A stretch of 39,397 nt of DNA, taken from positions 1 through 39,397 of the IMG/VR virus record IMGVR_UViG_3300044638_005715; one strand, written 5' to 3'. Below are positions 1-10,815 of the stretch, in pieces. A program made the translations under genes and the position numbers. Position 1 is the first letter of the stretch. Every line of letters begins with the position of its first letter. The DNA comes from a virus. Lineage: Duplodnaviria; Heunggongvirae; Uroviricota; Caudoviricetes. The notes below the pieces were generated by a model. The model was not told where the DNA came from. It made no database searches and saw only the letters and a program-made list of their open reading frames with translations.

Positions 1-199
1 CCAATTACCGTAAATATATCAAATAATGAAGTCACCATCAATACGGGCCAAAACAAATAAATATAGTGATTTTCGCACTAAAATATACGAAATTCAAGAA
101 TTTATTTATAAAAATAATCGAAAACATGCAGAAAAACCTATAATATTCAATATAAGGAATGATATTTATTTAAAAGCAAATATTTTTAACCAAATTCAA

Positions 200-227
200 T
201 TGACAAATGATGAAAATGAGTTAAAAT
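200..227 (+). promoter_or_regulatory. sigma70-type promoter TTGACA-N16-TAAAAT
   Basis: TTGACA 200-205, TAAAAT 222-227; same 16-nt spacer as the other promoters in the window. Confidence 0.5.
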
Positions 228-338
228 GAACGCAATCCTTGTTATTTTGATATGGGCCCTTATTTTGTTTTCCTTATTGTTTATGTGTAATCTTTTGTTT
301 AATTGTTCCACTAGATGATCTAGTAGATTAGGTGTTAC

Positions 339-530
339 ATGTCTGTCGTCTTTATACTATTTGTTATATATATATTCTCTGTCATTAATATTATATTGGC
401 GATTCATGAACTAAAACTAATGCAATGGCCCAAGTGCCCATTTGAATGGATGCAGGCCGTCTCCAACATCATGATTTTAATTACTTCTATATTGTTTATT
501 ATATTGGAATATGTGGCGGTATATCGATGA
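339..530 (+). CDS. small membrane protein (63 aa)
   Basis: Two hydrophobic stretches; stop overlaps next ATG (ATGA at 527-530). Confidence 0.6.
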   Translation: MSVVFILFVIYIFSVINIILAIHELKLMQWPKCPFEWMQAVSNIMILITSILFIILEYVAVYR

Positions 531-1624
531 ATGTGGGTTTGATTATAAAACGACAGGAAGATAATGTATATTATCAATGTATGTCTATGAATATAGATAT
601 TTTTTATGACCTATTTAATGAAAATATAGGTGATATTGATATGTCAGTATATAATGAGGTTTTCGAGGAAAATACCTTACATGAAGAATGAATGTAAGAA
701 TATAAATTTTCATAGAATCTATATAGATGATGCTATAAAGAGACATGTTGGACATAGCCCAAGAGATTATATTTGTTCAGATATCTTGTTGGCTATTGAT
801 GATGTTGTTTTTTATCCAGTAAGTATGCCACTTTATGATGATATATATGAGATTACAGAAGATGAGACGTTATTTATACCATAAAATACAAGATGATATC
901 ACAGAAGATATGGATAGGGTATTAAGGGAAAGAATCAGTCCGAATATAAGACATAATTATATTGGATATTATACAAATATAGTAGATAGAGCCCTATGTC
1001 CACTTTATATGCCTATTTTTGAAGTTGTGTGGAAATATAATGATAAAAAATCTAGCAGATGAATTGAGTTATAAAGCATCTAATGCAATATATACCAAGA
1101 TGGTTGATAAATTCAGTACCACTATCATAAATAATGTGCATATGGGTATAATGTGGCCAATAGAGGGTGCCCATACAAGATTACAGTATAAAACATTGGA
1201 AATTGTTCTAAATACTAAATAAATGACTAAAAATCTATCAAATGAATTATATAAATACCCCAGACTTGCAATAATGAAATTTATTGAATCAGGACAACAA
1301 AATAAAATGCCTGAAATAATACATTGTATGAGAATTCCAGTGGAGCATATCTTTATGCCTATAAAAATAGTATATGCTGTAAAAATGAATGGTATTTGAT
1401 TTTATTCTGAAAATATGGGGTATTGCTAATTGTGTGGCCGGGCCCCCTTTAAAAACACATAAAACCAAAACAAACCATTCCTCATTTATCTTCCCTTTTA
1501 ATATTATATAGGTATCTATCTTATTAATATTATATGGGTATATTTTTAATTATTTATATAAATCCATTTTTAAAAACAATCCTTTATTACCTATCTGTCA
1601 TTCTTATTCAATAAGGAGAAAAAT

Positions 1625-1939
1625 ATGCATGAAGAAAACCCATATTCATCTAAGGATACTGTAGTTCTTTGGAGGGATGTATTTGCAGTTATTGAAGAGG
1701 TAAAACAAGAGGGTTGTTTGACGATTGACAATGAGGCATTTAATAGATGTTTGTATCTTGTTGTAAATAAATTGAGGGAAAGGGCCGATAAAACACCTAA
1801 GAATATAATGGCCATTAAGATGCTTCCCTGGATGTGTGGCGAATGTGGAAGGCATGAGGTACAAAATCTCAGGTTATACGAGGGGGGGCCGTCATTAATT
1901 GGGACCTGCGATCATTGCGGTTGTGAATGGGTGTCTTAA
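1625..1939 (+). CDS. hypothetical protein with C-terminal Zn-ribbon
   Basis: AAGGAG SD upstream; CGEC...CDHC motifs. Confidence 0.7.
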   Translation: MHEENPYSSKDTVVLWRDVFAVIEEVKQEGCLTIDNEAFNRCLYLVVNKLRERADKTPKNIMAIKMLPWMCGECGRHEVQNLRLYEGGPSLIGTCDHCGCEWVS

Positions 1940-2322
1940 TTCTATGGCATACATAATATACCCACCAATATCACACCATATATATGATTCTATTAAATTA
2001 GACATATATAAATTTTGTCAGAATAATGTATTATCTAAGAATTTACCTATAGGAAATACGGAACGTGAATTATATTGGGGAATAGTATATGCCCACTTTA
2101 GCATATTTGATAGTACTAATAAAATTCCTGCAATAACGAAAGAATTATGGGCTAATAATGAATAAAGAAAAGAAAACATATACCGATGAACAAATGCGAA
2201 TTATAATTAAGATTAATATTGATCCAAATATACGCCTTCAAATTCTAAAATCTTTGAGCCCCATCAAGCTTAATATAGTGCATTGGGACATTCTACAAAA
2301 CATAAATAATATAGATTAAGAA

Positions 2323-2535
2323 ATGTGGAAAATAATTATTAGTATTGGGGCCGTACTATACATAATCCTGACTATTTTTATTATATTCTTTGTGTTTTTT
2401 ATATTTATGGGGGCCCCTATGGCTACAATCGACGACAATAGAATGTCACCAATACCATATACGGATGATGATGAAACAAGACTCAAATATAAAATCATAG
2501 TAGAGAAATGGGAAAAGGAAAGAGGCATTCAATAA
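2323..2535 (+). CDS. small membrane-anchored protein
   Basis: Long hydrophobic N-terminus followed by a charged tail. Confidence 0.6.
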   Translation: MWKIIISIGAVLYIILTIFIIFFVFFIFMGAPMATIDDNRMSPIPYTDDDETRLKYKIIVEKWEKERGIQ

Positions 2536-2863
2536 TCTATGAATAAACAAGAGCAGATACAGTATGCAACAAAGCGTATTTATCCAAGAATTAGTGACGA
2601 TAAGTTATTTTTCCATATCGTTGATAATATCCATAATAGAATTATATATAATATTGGCCATACCATATATCAATATATCGATGAAAAAATTAAAAAATAA
2701 AAAACTATATAAGACTAAGGAGATAGAGGGTGTATCAAGGAATGTTAATCATAAAATTCTTTACCATCACTTATTTTCCTATATTATAATTCGTCTACAT
2801 TACGCTGAATTCCTTAATATTCGTGAATCCATAACTGATTCATCATTAAATACCTATAAAAAG

Positions 2864-3092
2864 AAGGTAAAACGATCGGATGGGGATAATATAGGAAAAT
2901 TGCAGAAGGGACTTTAGAAATACCATATGAAGTGCGATTTTTGTTAGATAATGCAATCATAAAGCCTGGCAATGAATCAAAAAGATGAAAAGTAAAAATA
3001 TCAAGTATAATTTAGACGCAAAACACGATTTATTGAGACTGACTAAAGAAAAGGTAAAACCATCGGATTGGTATAATATATGTAAAATTCAG
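2864..3092 (+). repeat. imperfect 42-bp direct repeat (2864-2905 / 3051-3092) marking a tandem minigene duplication
   Basis: aaggtaaaacgatcggatggggataatataggaaaattgcag vs aaggtaaaaccatcggattggtataatatatgtaaaattcag; encode KVKRSDGDNIGKLQ / KVKPSDWYNICKIQ. Confidence 0.6.
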
Positions 3093-4067
3093 CATAATAT
3101 TTGGTTTAAAATATCCACTAACATAACATATAATATTCTAGACGTATTAGATGAAATCTAAATATGAAAAACATCATACATAAAATAGAGCATAGTGATA
3201 AAATATTCCCACATACTAAGTCTATTATCTATGAAATTATTACTATACCTAACATTATTCAGGTCATGAATGAGTCCAGGAAAAATAAAATTAATATAAG
3301 AAATCAACCATGGATAAATGTTAGTAGATACATATGTAATAATGTTAAATACAATGTAAATTCATGTATAAAAAATAATATTTTAGATAAAGATGGATGG
3401 CGACCAGTGTTTGATGAGTTATATAATCATATAAATCAAATAGTCAACAATGAATAAAAATAAGTATGAAATTTTCTTTATTACATCCTATAAAGTTACG
3501 AATCGTGTAGAATTGATATTTAAATATTTTATATTTACTCGTATTTATAATGAATTAAATATTCATTCTAGTATTTTGGGACGTATAACAACTGAAATTA
3601 GTAAAGAGGTATTGAAAAATAATGAGTAAAAATCAAAAAAACAAAATTGTAAATGAAATTGCTAATAATGTGAGGAATGACATAGATAACAATAAACCAA
3701 CTCCTAAAGTATGGTATTATATTCTATATGGAATTTTTTCCTATCAGGCCACATGGAATAACATAATTCCTCCCGAGGTCGAGCTAGGAAAGTTTGAAAT
3801 TGATCTAAATGAATATAGTAGTTGCAAATATACGCTCTTACATGATACTGTGCTAAATTATGAATGCAAATAAAAACATAAATATATTATGTCAGGTATT
3901 ACCATGAAGGAAGTTTATAATATTAGGGTTATAAATAAATCAATAAAAAAATATATTGACCCTGTAAAAATTGAGAATATACAAATTTTATGGGATAAAT
4001 CATTGGATCAAGTGGATTTTGTTTGGTATCCAATATTTGAATATATGAGAAATAATAGACATACATA

Positions 4068-4442
4068 ATGAATATTAGATTTAACTTATCTAGGGGCCCA
4101 AATTACAAAAAATGGTCTATTAAAGACGGCCTAAATAAACAATATATTTGCCCATCCGATGCTTTTATAAAATTATATGATTGTGTGCTCCATAATAATA
4201 AAAATATGGCCCAAAAGATACATAAAGGGGCCCCACGTAATGTTTGCGGGTGGATTAGAGCAAAAAGCCTGGAAATGCCCCCCATAGATGAAAATTCGGC
4301 CCATTGGATAGAAATTCCCCTATTTTACGATCCAAAAATTGCCCCAAATTGGCGGGGAATTCATGGGGAGGACCTTGACAATTACTTTTTTCCCCTTATA
4401 ATCATCAGGAAGAGATCAGTTAACGGCATTATTCAGGTGTAA
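4068..4442 (+). CDS. conserved large-phage hypothetical protein (124 aa)
   Basis: Pattern RFNLSRGPNYKKW...KIHKGAPRNVCGWI...YDPKIAPNW resembles a recurrent large-phage family (recalled). Confidence 0.65.
   Translation: MNIRFNLSRGPNYKKWSIKDGLNKQYICPSDAFIKLYDCVLHNNKNMAQKIHKGAPRNVCGWIRAKSLEMPPIDENSAHWIEIPLFYDPKIAPNWRGIHGEDLDNYFFPLIIIRKRSVNGIIQV
4375..4402 (+). promoter_or_regulatory. promoter TTGACA-N16-TATAAT (inside upstream CDS)
   Basis: Perfect hexamers at 4375-4380 and 4397-4402; next gene starts at 4444. Confidence 0.7.
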
Positions 4443-4443
4443 A

Positions 4444-4674
4444 ATGAACGAATTACAAATTGGCGACGTTGTATATTGCAGTAATCCACTACATTCTGGT
4501 TTTGGCCGCATACTTGATATTTGGCGAGATTTACCAGATGGCGAATATGTGAATGATTTTGCGGTTGTCCAGGTTATTACTATGCATAGTTGTTACAAAA
4601 TACCTCATAAAGTGGGCTCTATATGCAAGATTCCACTAAGTGAATTGTCTAAATCTCACACATATGATGAATAA
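4444..4674 (+). CDS. hypothetical protein, possible SH3/KOW-like barrel
   Basis: LQIGDVVY...GFGRILDI pattern; follows promoter 4375. Confidence 0.55.
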   Translation: MNELQIGDVVYCSNPLHSGFGRILDIWRDLPDGEYVNDFAVVQVITMHSCYKIPHKVGSICKIPLSELSKSHTYDE

Positions 4675-5911
4675 TGAAATCAATAATACATACTATCTAT
4701 TATTTCCCAAGAACTAAAGTAGAAAATAAGGCATTTCCTGTAATAGATGATTGGCTATATGAACCTTCAAGTGTTGATGCGTTTATTATAGAAAGGCAAA
4801 TTCATGAAAATCTAATTGATCAAAGTATCAAAAATGAACTTAAAAGAAGAAATAAAAAGTAATGTATTTGAAAGATTTGAAAGTGGCAGGCATAATGAAA
4901 TATCAACTGATGTTCGTTATAGGGTCCTTGTTCGCATAAACAATCCTATATGGCGTGTCTGTATTACATATTTTTGGAATATTAAAGATGAATTATCAAG
5001 AACCAAAGAAGAGTAAAATAGACACAAATACTAAATTTAAAACAAATGAGTATTTGCTAAACTTTAAATGTCTTAATGATCATATACAAGACCAATTCGA
5101 AATTCGTAACCAAATAAGACATGTAGCAATAGCCATTATATCAACCATATATGACAAGAATGTATCATAAAATTAATTCTAAATTATAAAATATGAAAAA
5201 ATGTCTAATCACACAGGCAAATAAAAATTATATTTAAAATTAAAATTATGAGATAGGCCCCTATTTTCAAAAAGTCTCCACACAAATTTACCGTAATTTA
5301 CCACACATAATTGATTTTTGGCCCCACTTTATTCCCCTTTTTATCAAGGTTACACTGTTATGAGCGTTATTGAAAAAAACCTCCCCCAATATATCCTGAA
5401 AAATGTAGAGCATAATATCGTTGTTAATAAGGCAAAATGCACTATTTATAAAACATGGAGTGACAAAGATATTGTGCGTGGAAGGGTAACATTTTTTGTT
5501 CAAGATCAAATTGTTAGTTACTTTTTTCAGCAGAAAAATGATATGGTTTCATGCTGGAAAACCCGCAAAGTGACCGAGGAACCAGATTTTACAGTATCGT
5601 TAGAAGAATTATGTGGTAAAAAATAAACTTTTTGTAACTTTTTGGAACTTTTTAATGAATGAAAGAGATATTTTAGTATATTGGGTTAGTCTTCATTGTA
5701 ATGCCGAAATTCAAATAAATACGGCCATAATTTATAAACTCACAAACATATTGAGAAATGAATTAGGTTGGATACATGGATCATTTGATGTGTATGGTAT
5801 TTTATCACGTAAATGTTTTAGGGTATATATAGATTATCCGACTGATTTAAATCGGGATGATGTGATTAACATACTGAATAATTTAAAATTACCCACCATT
5901 AATATTAAATC

Positions 5912-6412
5912 ATGATATTTTGCTTTGACTGCTTTGGAACAATATTTGATGCTTCTACTATTTTACAAGAAGATATAAAAAAATATGTCCATCATGTAAA
6001 CAAACCGGGGGCCTTTGAAAAGTTTGATTTTCCTCAATCATTTTGGGATCTGGGGGCCCATCCCGATTCGATGATGGGAATTGAGATGTTGAGAAATGCG
6101 GGCCATTATTGTATAACATTAAGTAATGGGTCAATAAACCTATTAAAATATCTGTCATCTAAGAATGGTATTATATGGGATGGTTATACTGATTTGGAGG
6201 CTTGGAGAGTTTATAAGCCCTCATTAGATGCTTACAAGGTAGTTGAAAAACAGTTTGGCTATAAACCGGCCGATTGTGTTATGGTCACTGCTAATTGTAC
6301 ATTTGGTGATATAGAGGGGGCCGAAAATATAGGGATGGAGGCATATTGTATTAGGGGTAATACGCCCTATAAAGACCTTATTGATTTTGCTCATTATATT
6401 ATTTCATTATGA
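5912..6412 (+). CDS. HAD-superfamily hydrolase, type II haloacid-dehalogenase-like
   Basis: Motif I FDCFGT, motif II LSNG, motif III YKP, motif IV ANCTFGDIEGA. Confidence 0.85.
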   Translation: MIFCFDCFGTIFDASTILQEDIKKYVHHVNKPGAFEKFDFPQSFWDLGAHPDSMMGIEMLRNAGHYCITLSNGSINLLKYLSSKNGIIWDGYTDLEAWRVYKPSLDAYKVVEKQFGYKPADCVMVTANCTFGDIEGAENIGMEAYCIRGNTPYKDLIDFAHYIISL

Positions 6413-7086
6413 AGAATTTAAAAGATTACTTGGTGAATAATTTGTTTTTTGTTGTTTCACACAAAACACATTCTTACAAAAATAAATGGGGAATTGTTAT
6501 GAACAACCTAATGCATCATGAAAGCATGGCTCATAACGATATTATAAGCCATAATATATATATAACAGTAAAACAAAATAAATGAATAATAAAACTAAAT
6601 TATTGGCAGGAGGAATGAGGATAAACAACTATATGTGGCGAAATGTCTGTCCTCATATCAGGATTATGATTTCTTCCAGGATTATGGTTTATGATTCTAT
6701 AAGGAATGAAATAGAAGCTAAAATCTATAATAACTTGAAAAATGAGCAAAGCTAGTATTGAATAATATAATGGCCCAAAATAAAAGTCTGAAAATTAAAA
6801 TCTTTTTTAAATTACAGGAAAAATTATATTTAAGTGACAATCTTAGTAGTAATATTGATATATTTGAAAGATTGCGTACTAATATATTTTTGGTGATTTA
6901 CACCAATGTACGAATATCAATTGAAAAATCTGAAACCCATATTATATAATACCACATATATACATTCTATTGTTACTAAAAATAAGTCAAATTCAAATTT
7001 AAGAACTATGGCCTGCATTACGATATATGTTGGTATTAAAATGAATTTGACTGAAAATATAAGGGAAGAAATTTTTTACCTTGCCC

Positions 7087-7114
7087 TTGACAACTAAATT
7101 TTGAACCCTATAAT
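7087..7114 (+). promoter_or_regulatory. promoter TTGACA-N16-TATAAT heading QV cluster A
   Basis: Perfect hexamers at 7087-7092 and 7109-7114. Confidence 0.8.
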
Positions 7115-7127
7115 GAAACAATATAAT

Positions 7128-7301
7128 ATGCATAGACAAGTACCTGCGTATATTGATAATCGGGTCAGGTATCAATTCGGGTATCATGTACGGGATTATG
7201 TCTGGCATAAAGTCAATCATCAAGTCGGGCGTCGTGTCTTGGGTCAGGTCAGAGTTCATATCTCATATCAGATCGATAATACTAGTGGCAATAATGATTG
7301 A
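7128..7301 (+). CDS. xxQV-repeat minigene A1 (diverged)
   Basis: MHRQVPAY...HVRDYVWHKVNHQVGRRVLGQV; start set to the ATG downstream of the promoter (ORF track start 7101 lies inside it); 8-nt overlap with next ORF. Confidence 0.6.
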   Translation: MHRQVPAYIDNRVRYQFGYHVRDYVWHKVNHQVGRRVLGQVRVHISYQIDNTSGNND

Positions 7302-7506
7302 AAATAGAACGATTAATCATGTCATGCATCGGGTCTGGAGTCAGGTCTGGATTCAGGTCCGTGGTCAGGTCAAGATTCAGGTCTTGGCTCAGGTCTATAA
7401 TCAGGTCGAGTATCAGGTTAGTAACCAGGTCCGGGATCAGGTCGGGCATAAGGTCAATAGTCTGGTTAGGGATAAGGTCTATTATACAAAGTTTTATAAT
7501 GATTGA
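7294..7506 (+). CDS. xxQV-repeat minigene A2 (70 aa)
   Basis: MIENRTINHVMHRVWSQVWIQVRGQVKIQVLAQVYNQV...; 12-nt CAGGTC periodicity; ATGATTGA start/stop overlap. Confidence 0.7.
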   Translation: MIENRTINHVMHRVWSQVWIQVRGQVKIQVLAQVYNQVEYQVSNQVRDQVGHKVNSLVRDKVYYTKFYND

Positions 7507-7678
7507 AAACAAAAAGATGAATCAGGTCGGGGATCAGGTCAGGAATCGTGTCATGCATCAAGTCTGGGATCAGGGCAGTGATAAGGTGAATGATAAGTTC
7601 TTGATTCGGGTCAAGTATCAGGATCAGGATAAATTTATGTTTGCACTTATAGCAAAAATTAAAAGGTTCTTACTATGA
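7499..7678 (+). CDS. xxQV-repeat minigene A3 (59 aa)
   Basis: MIENKKMNQVGDQVRNRVMHQVWDQ...; ATGA-coupled to the macrodomain gene. Confidence 0.65.
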   Translation: MIENKKMNQVGDQVRNRVMHQVWDQGSDKVNDKFLIRVKYQDQDKFMFALIAKIKRFLL

Positions 7679-8136
7679 TTAAATTGTCAGATGGCGATAT
7701 TTTTTATTCAAAATGTGATGCAATAGTAAACCCAGTCAATACCGTTGGTGTTATGGGGGCTGGATTAGCATTGCAATTTAAGAAAAGATTTCCAGAAATG
7801 TTTGAGGCATATGTAATACAATGCAATTCTGGCAATCTAGATATAGGTAAAAATTTTCTATGGAAAATAAAAAATGATCGATATATTATATGTTTTCCAA
7901 CTAAAAAGCATTTTAGAGACCCATCATATCTATCATATATTAGTGCCGGTTTAGAAGCATTGGAAAATGATTTATTAAATAATCCATCATATAGCAATAT
8001 TAAAAGCATTGCGATGCCAGCATTAGGATGCGGATTAGGAGGTTTGCCATTTGAGGATGTGGTAAGAGAAATTTTGGAATTTAATAGACTTAATCCAAGA
8101 ATAGACATAGAATTGTATATACCTAAACACAAATGA
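7675..8136 (+). CDS. macrodomain (Appr-1''-p processing / DarG-like ADP-ribose glycohydrolase)
   Basis: GDIF, AIVNPVNTVGVMGAGLALQFK, FPTK.H, SIAMPALGCGLGGL. Confidence 0.92.
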   Translation: MIKLSDGDIFYSKCDAIVNPVNTVGVMGAGLALQFKKRFPEMFEAYVIQCNSGNLDIGKNFLWKIKNDRYIICFPTKKHFRDPSYLSYISAGLEALENDLLNNPSYSNIKSIAMPALGCGLGGLPFEDVVREILEFNRLNPRIDIELYIPKHK

Positions 8137-8830
8137 ATAAATCACTTAGTCATCATTTTACTGATCAGAAGTTTAGACCAATCTTGAAATTGTATGAGTA
8201 TGAGCAATATATATGTAATAACATCAGTGAAAATATAAGAGATAATATTTTTATTGATATTAATATTCGAACTTTTCAAAAAATAAGACCATTAATTATA
8301 AGTATTATGAAAAATACAAATGAAAAAACATAAGGAAGCTATTTATTTTTTAGTAAGACCTAACTTGAGTGATCGGTTACCACGCTGTATTTGGTTTTGG
8401 TGTTGGGATCAGTTAGAGCTTAAACATGAATTGAGGAATATTGTAAAAGAAATTTATAATAATGTATGACCCACCAATTAAAAATAAATCAACGGAAATA
8501 CGTGATAATCTAGGACGACAAGTTAAAATTAAGTATGAAATGCTTTATAATATTATGCCAACCCCAACTATTAACAATAATATCTATTATAAATTAGAAT
8601 CAGATATAAAAGAAAATATATGGGATATGATAGTAAATTCAATACTTGATCAATTAGAAATAGATGCTATATATAAATGAATAAGAATTTAATTTATCAA
8701 ATTTATGATAAACCTAGACATTTGGCTGACAAACGTATAATTACTTCTGAAAATGTCTATTATATCGTAACACAAAATATTAGGCATAGTTTTATTATAA
8801 AACATAGTGTCTTATCTATTGAAATAAGAC

Positions 8831-9019
8831 ATGCATATAAAAAATAATTTTCAAAAAATACGTACAAATATTTGGTCCAAACTTGATATTCAACTTTATA
8901 TTCAAACTGGTTTCTGGATAAGAAATCATATTGCATTAGATTTTGAGCCATCAAGAGTTGATTCTATTAAGTATAAAATATTTCGCGATTTAGATTTAGA
9001 ATTACATGATAAAAAATAA
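8831..9019 (+). CDS. small paralogous protein (tandem duplicate 1)
   Basis: MHIKNNFQKIRTNIW; shares a 28-bp exact repeat (8837-8864) with the next ORF (9009-9036). Confidence 0.6.
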   Translation: MHIKNNFQKIRTNIWSKLDIQLYIQTGFWIRNHIALDFEPSRVDSIKYKIFRDLDLELHDKK

Positions 9020-9036
9020 TTTTCAAAAAATACGTA
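8837..9036 (+). repeat. 28-bp exact direct repeat ataaaaaataattttcaaaaaatacgta (8837-8864, 9009-9036)
   Basis: Direct comparison; both copies lie at the 5' ends of adjacent minigenes (IKNNFQKIR). Confidence 0.85.
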
Positions 9037-9546
9037 GAAATACTTGGTATGCAATTGCTATTATTAAGCTTAATATTCAAACTGACTCCTGGCCAATAAA
9101 TAATATTGCATCAGATTTGAAGCATCCATTAATTATCAAAGATCATATATTGCGTAATTTGTCATTACATCATGAAAAATAAAAAGTGTCAGATCATATC
9201 GTATCCATTATCGTATGCGTATCCATCGTTAAATATAAAACAAAGTGAAAATAAGTCGCTACAAAGAATATTATTCACTAAATGCTTTGCACAACTTAAT
9301 ATCTCAATGGGGTTTTTAAAGAAAGCAATTGTCGATACCTTAGATGAAATTATCTACTTTACAAAATAATGATAAAACATAAGATGACTAATATACGCAC
9401 TAATTTAGCTACCTATATTCAGAAATACTTACAAATAAAAATTACCAAATATATAATAGATGATATATGTATAAATATAGAAAATCCTAATGGAATGCAA
9501 GCTTTTACAAAATATATCATATATTCTGAAATTCAAAGGAACAACA

Positions 9547-9945
9547 ATGTATAAGATTAGAATAGATAGTCATATAACTGAAAAAAGGGCTCCAACAGAT
9601 GAATCTATTAGGTTGGCCAAAGAATATGAAGAAAAGATAATAAAATCCATCATTGCTGATGGTGTGTGCAACTTACAAATAAATCAAATAAGTTGGACAA
9701 TAAGAGATGATGGGCATAAATATACTATATATGTTATATTCTTTATTGATGAAAGAAAACAAAATATAGAAATTGATATTTATCGTAAAGATATTAAATA
9801 TAATAACATATTTAATGGAATGGATCAAACTACCTACATAGTTGATAGAATAATCAATGCAATATCTCAACATTGTTCCCGTGTAATTATGCATAATATG
9901 ATATTACAGGGTTTTTCCACATCTATTGAAGAAATGATAAAATGA
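9547..9945 (+). CDS. hypothetical protein
   Basis: Open frame with AAGGA upstream of ATG 9547; ATGA overlap with next gene. Confidence 0.6.
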   Translation: MYKIRIDSHITEKRAPTDESIRLAKEYEEKIIKSIIADGVCNLQINQISWTIRDDGHKYTIYVIFFIDERKQNIEIDIYRKDIKYNNIFNGMDQTTYIVDRIINAISQHCSRVIMHNMILQGFSTSIEEMIK

Positions 9946-10415
9946 AAACATATATTTTAAATGGTTTTATGTATCCATTAGATAAGTATTTTCCAAACAG
10001 TGATAAGGTGAAAAATATATGGAGATGGAATTGGAATAAGAAAAAAGCTATTGAATTTGCCGATACTATAAAGGGGCCCTGTCAATTAATTGGGTTTTCA
10101 GATGGGGCAACAGCCGCCCTAGAAGTTGCTAATAACTCTATATATGTACAAAGAGTATATTGTCATTCATGTATGTATAGATCACACGAAATGCTGCGTA
10201 GATTTGAAGTGGTGTTTTTTAGAACCAACGGCGATACAACACCGACTTATGATGGAACAGAGAAAAGGTTCCTATCATATAAAGTAGCTGGGTATCCATG
10301 TGAAATTATGGACCTAGATCCAGTTACAATAAGTAATAAAAATATAGTAGATAGAATTAGTGGTTTATTCGGCCATCAATTCGAAAATGCTATGCCCTAT
10401 ATTAAAATTACTTAG
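9942..10415 (+). CDS. minimal alpha/beta-hydrolase-like protein
   Basis: Nucleophile elbow LIGFSDGA (GxSxG); candidate Asp in TNGD; C-terminal GH. Confidence 0.6.
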   Translation: MKTYILNGFMYPLDKYFPNSDKVKNIWRWNWNKKKAIEFADTIKGPCQLIGFSDGATAALEVANNSIYVQRVYCHSCMYRSHEMLRRFEVVFFRTNGDTTPTYDGTEKRFLSYKVAGYPCEIMDLDPVTISNKNIVDRISGLFGHQFENAMPYIKIT

Positions 10416-10791
10416 GTTTCCAAGCAATAGCGTGCCCAGAATCTACCATTAGTTTATTTAATGAGTTGCCATTCTCATCATAAATAACAGCAAGCCACCT
10501 ACCAAATGAATCCTCTTTATCCTTAAATGTATTAACATATAATTCTTTTGCATTACTAATAAGCTCAGAAAAATATGCATTAGCGACCTCATATGCCTCC
10601 TTTGTTTTTTTTCTGTTCTCAGGAGTATTTATACCATAAAGTCTATATCTTTCTTCATCAAATGACCTTTTCCCCTGATCACAAACCAATATTATGGTAT
10701 CTCCATCTATTATGCGTGATATAGATATGACACGGCGAAAATATAAGAATTTTTTAATATCTTCACCAGTTACATTTTCAAATTCTACCAT
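10408..10791 (-). CDS. SNase/thermonuclease-family nuclease
   Basis: RIIDGDT, RLYGINTPE, DSFGRWLA, LNKLMVDSGHA. Confidence 0.9.
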   Translation of the reverse strand: MVEFENVTGEDIKKFLYFRRVISISRIIDGDTIILVCDQGKRSFDEERYRLYGINTPENRKKTKEAYEVANAYFSELISNAKELYVNTFKDKEDSFGRWLAVIYDENGNSLNKLMVDSGHAIAWKPK

Positions 10792-10815
10792 ATGTAATTC
10801 TCTATATATTTATAA

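Noticed and set aside
7704-8132. Long antisense ORFs over real genes (also 25112-25519, 26752-27108, 35087-35473)
   Set aside because: They overlap well-supported + strand enzymes, have no motifs and no SD.
1-9900. Stop-codon reassignment explaining the many short ORFs
   Set aside because: Short ORFs end at TAA, TGA and TAG with tight start/stop coupling and SDs, and the long enzymes are intact in code 11.
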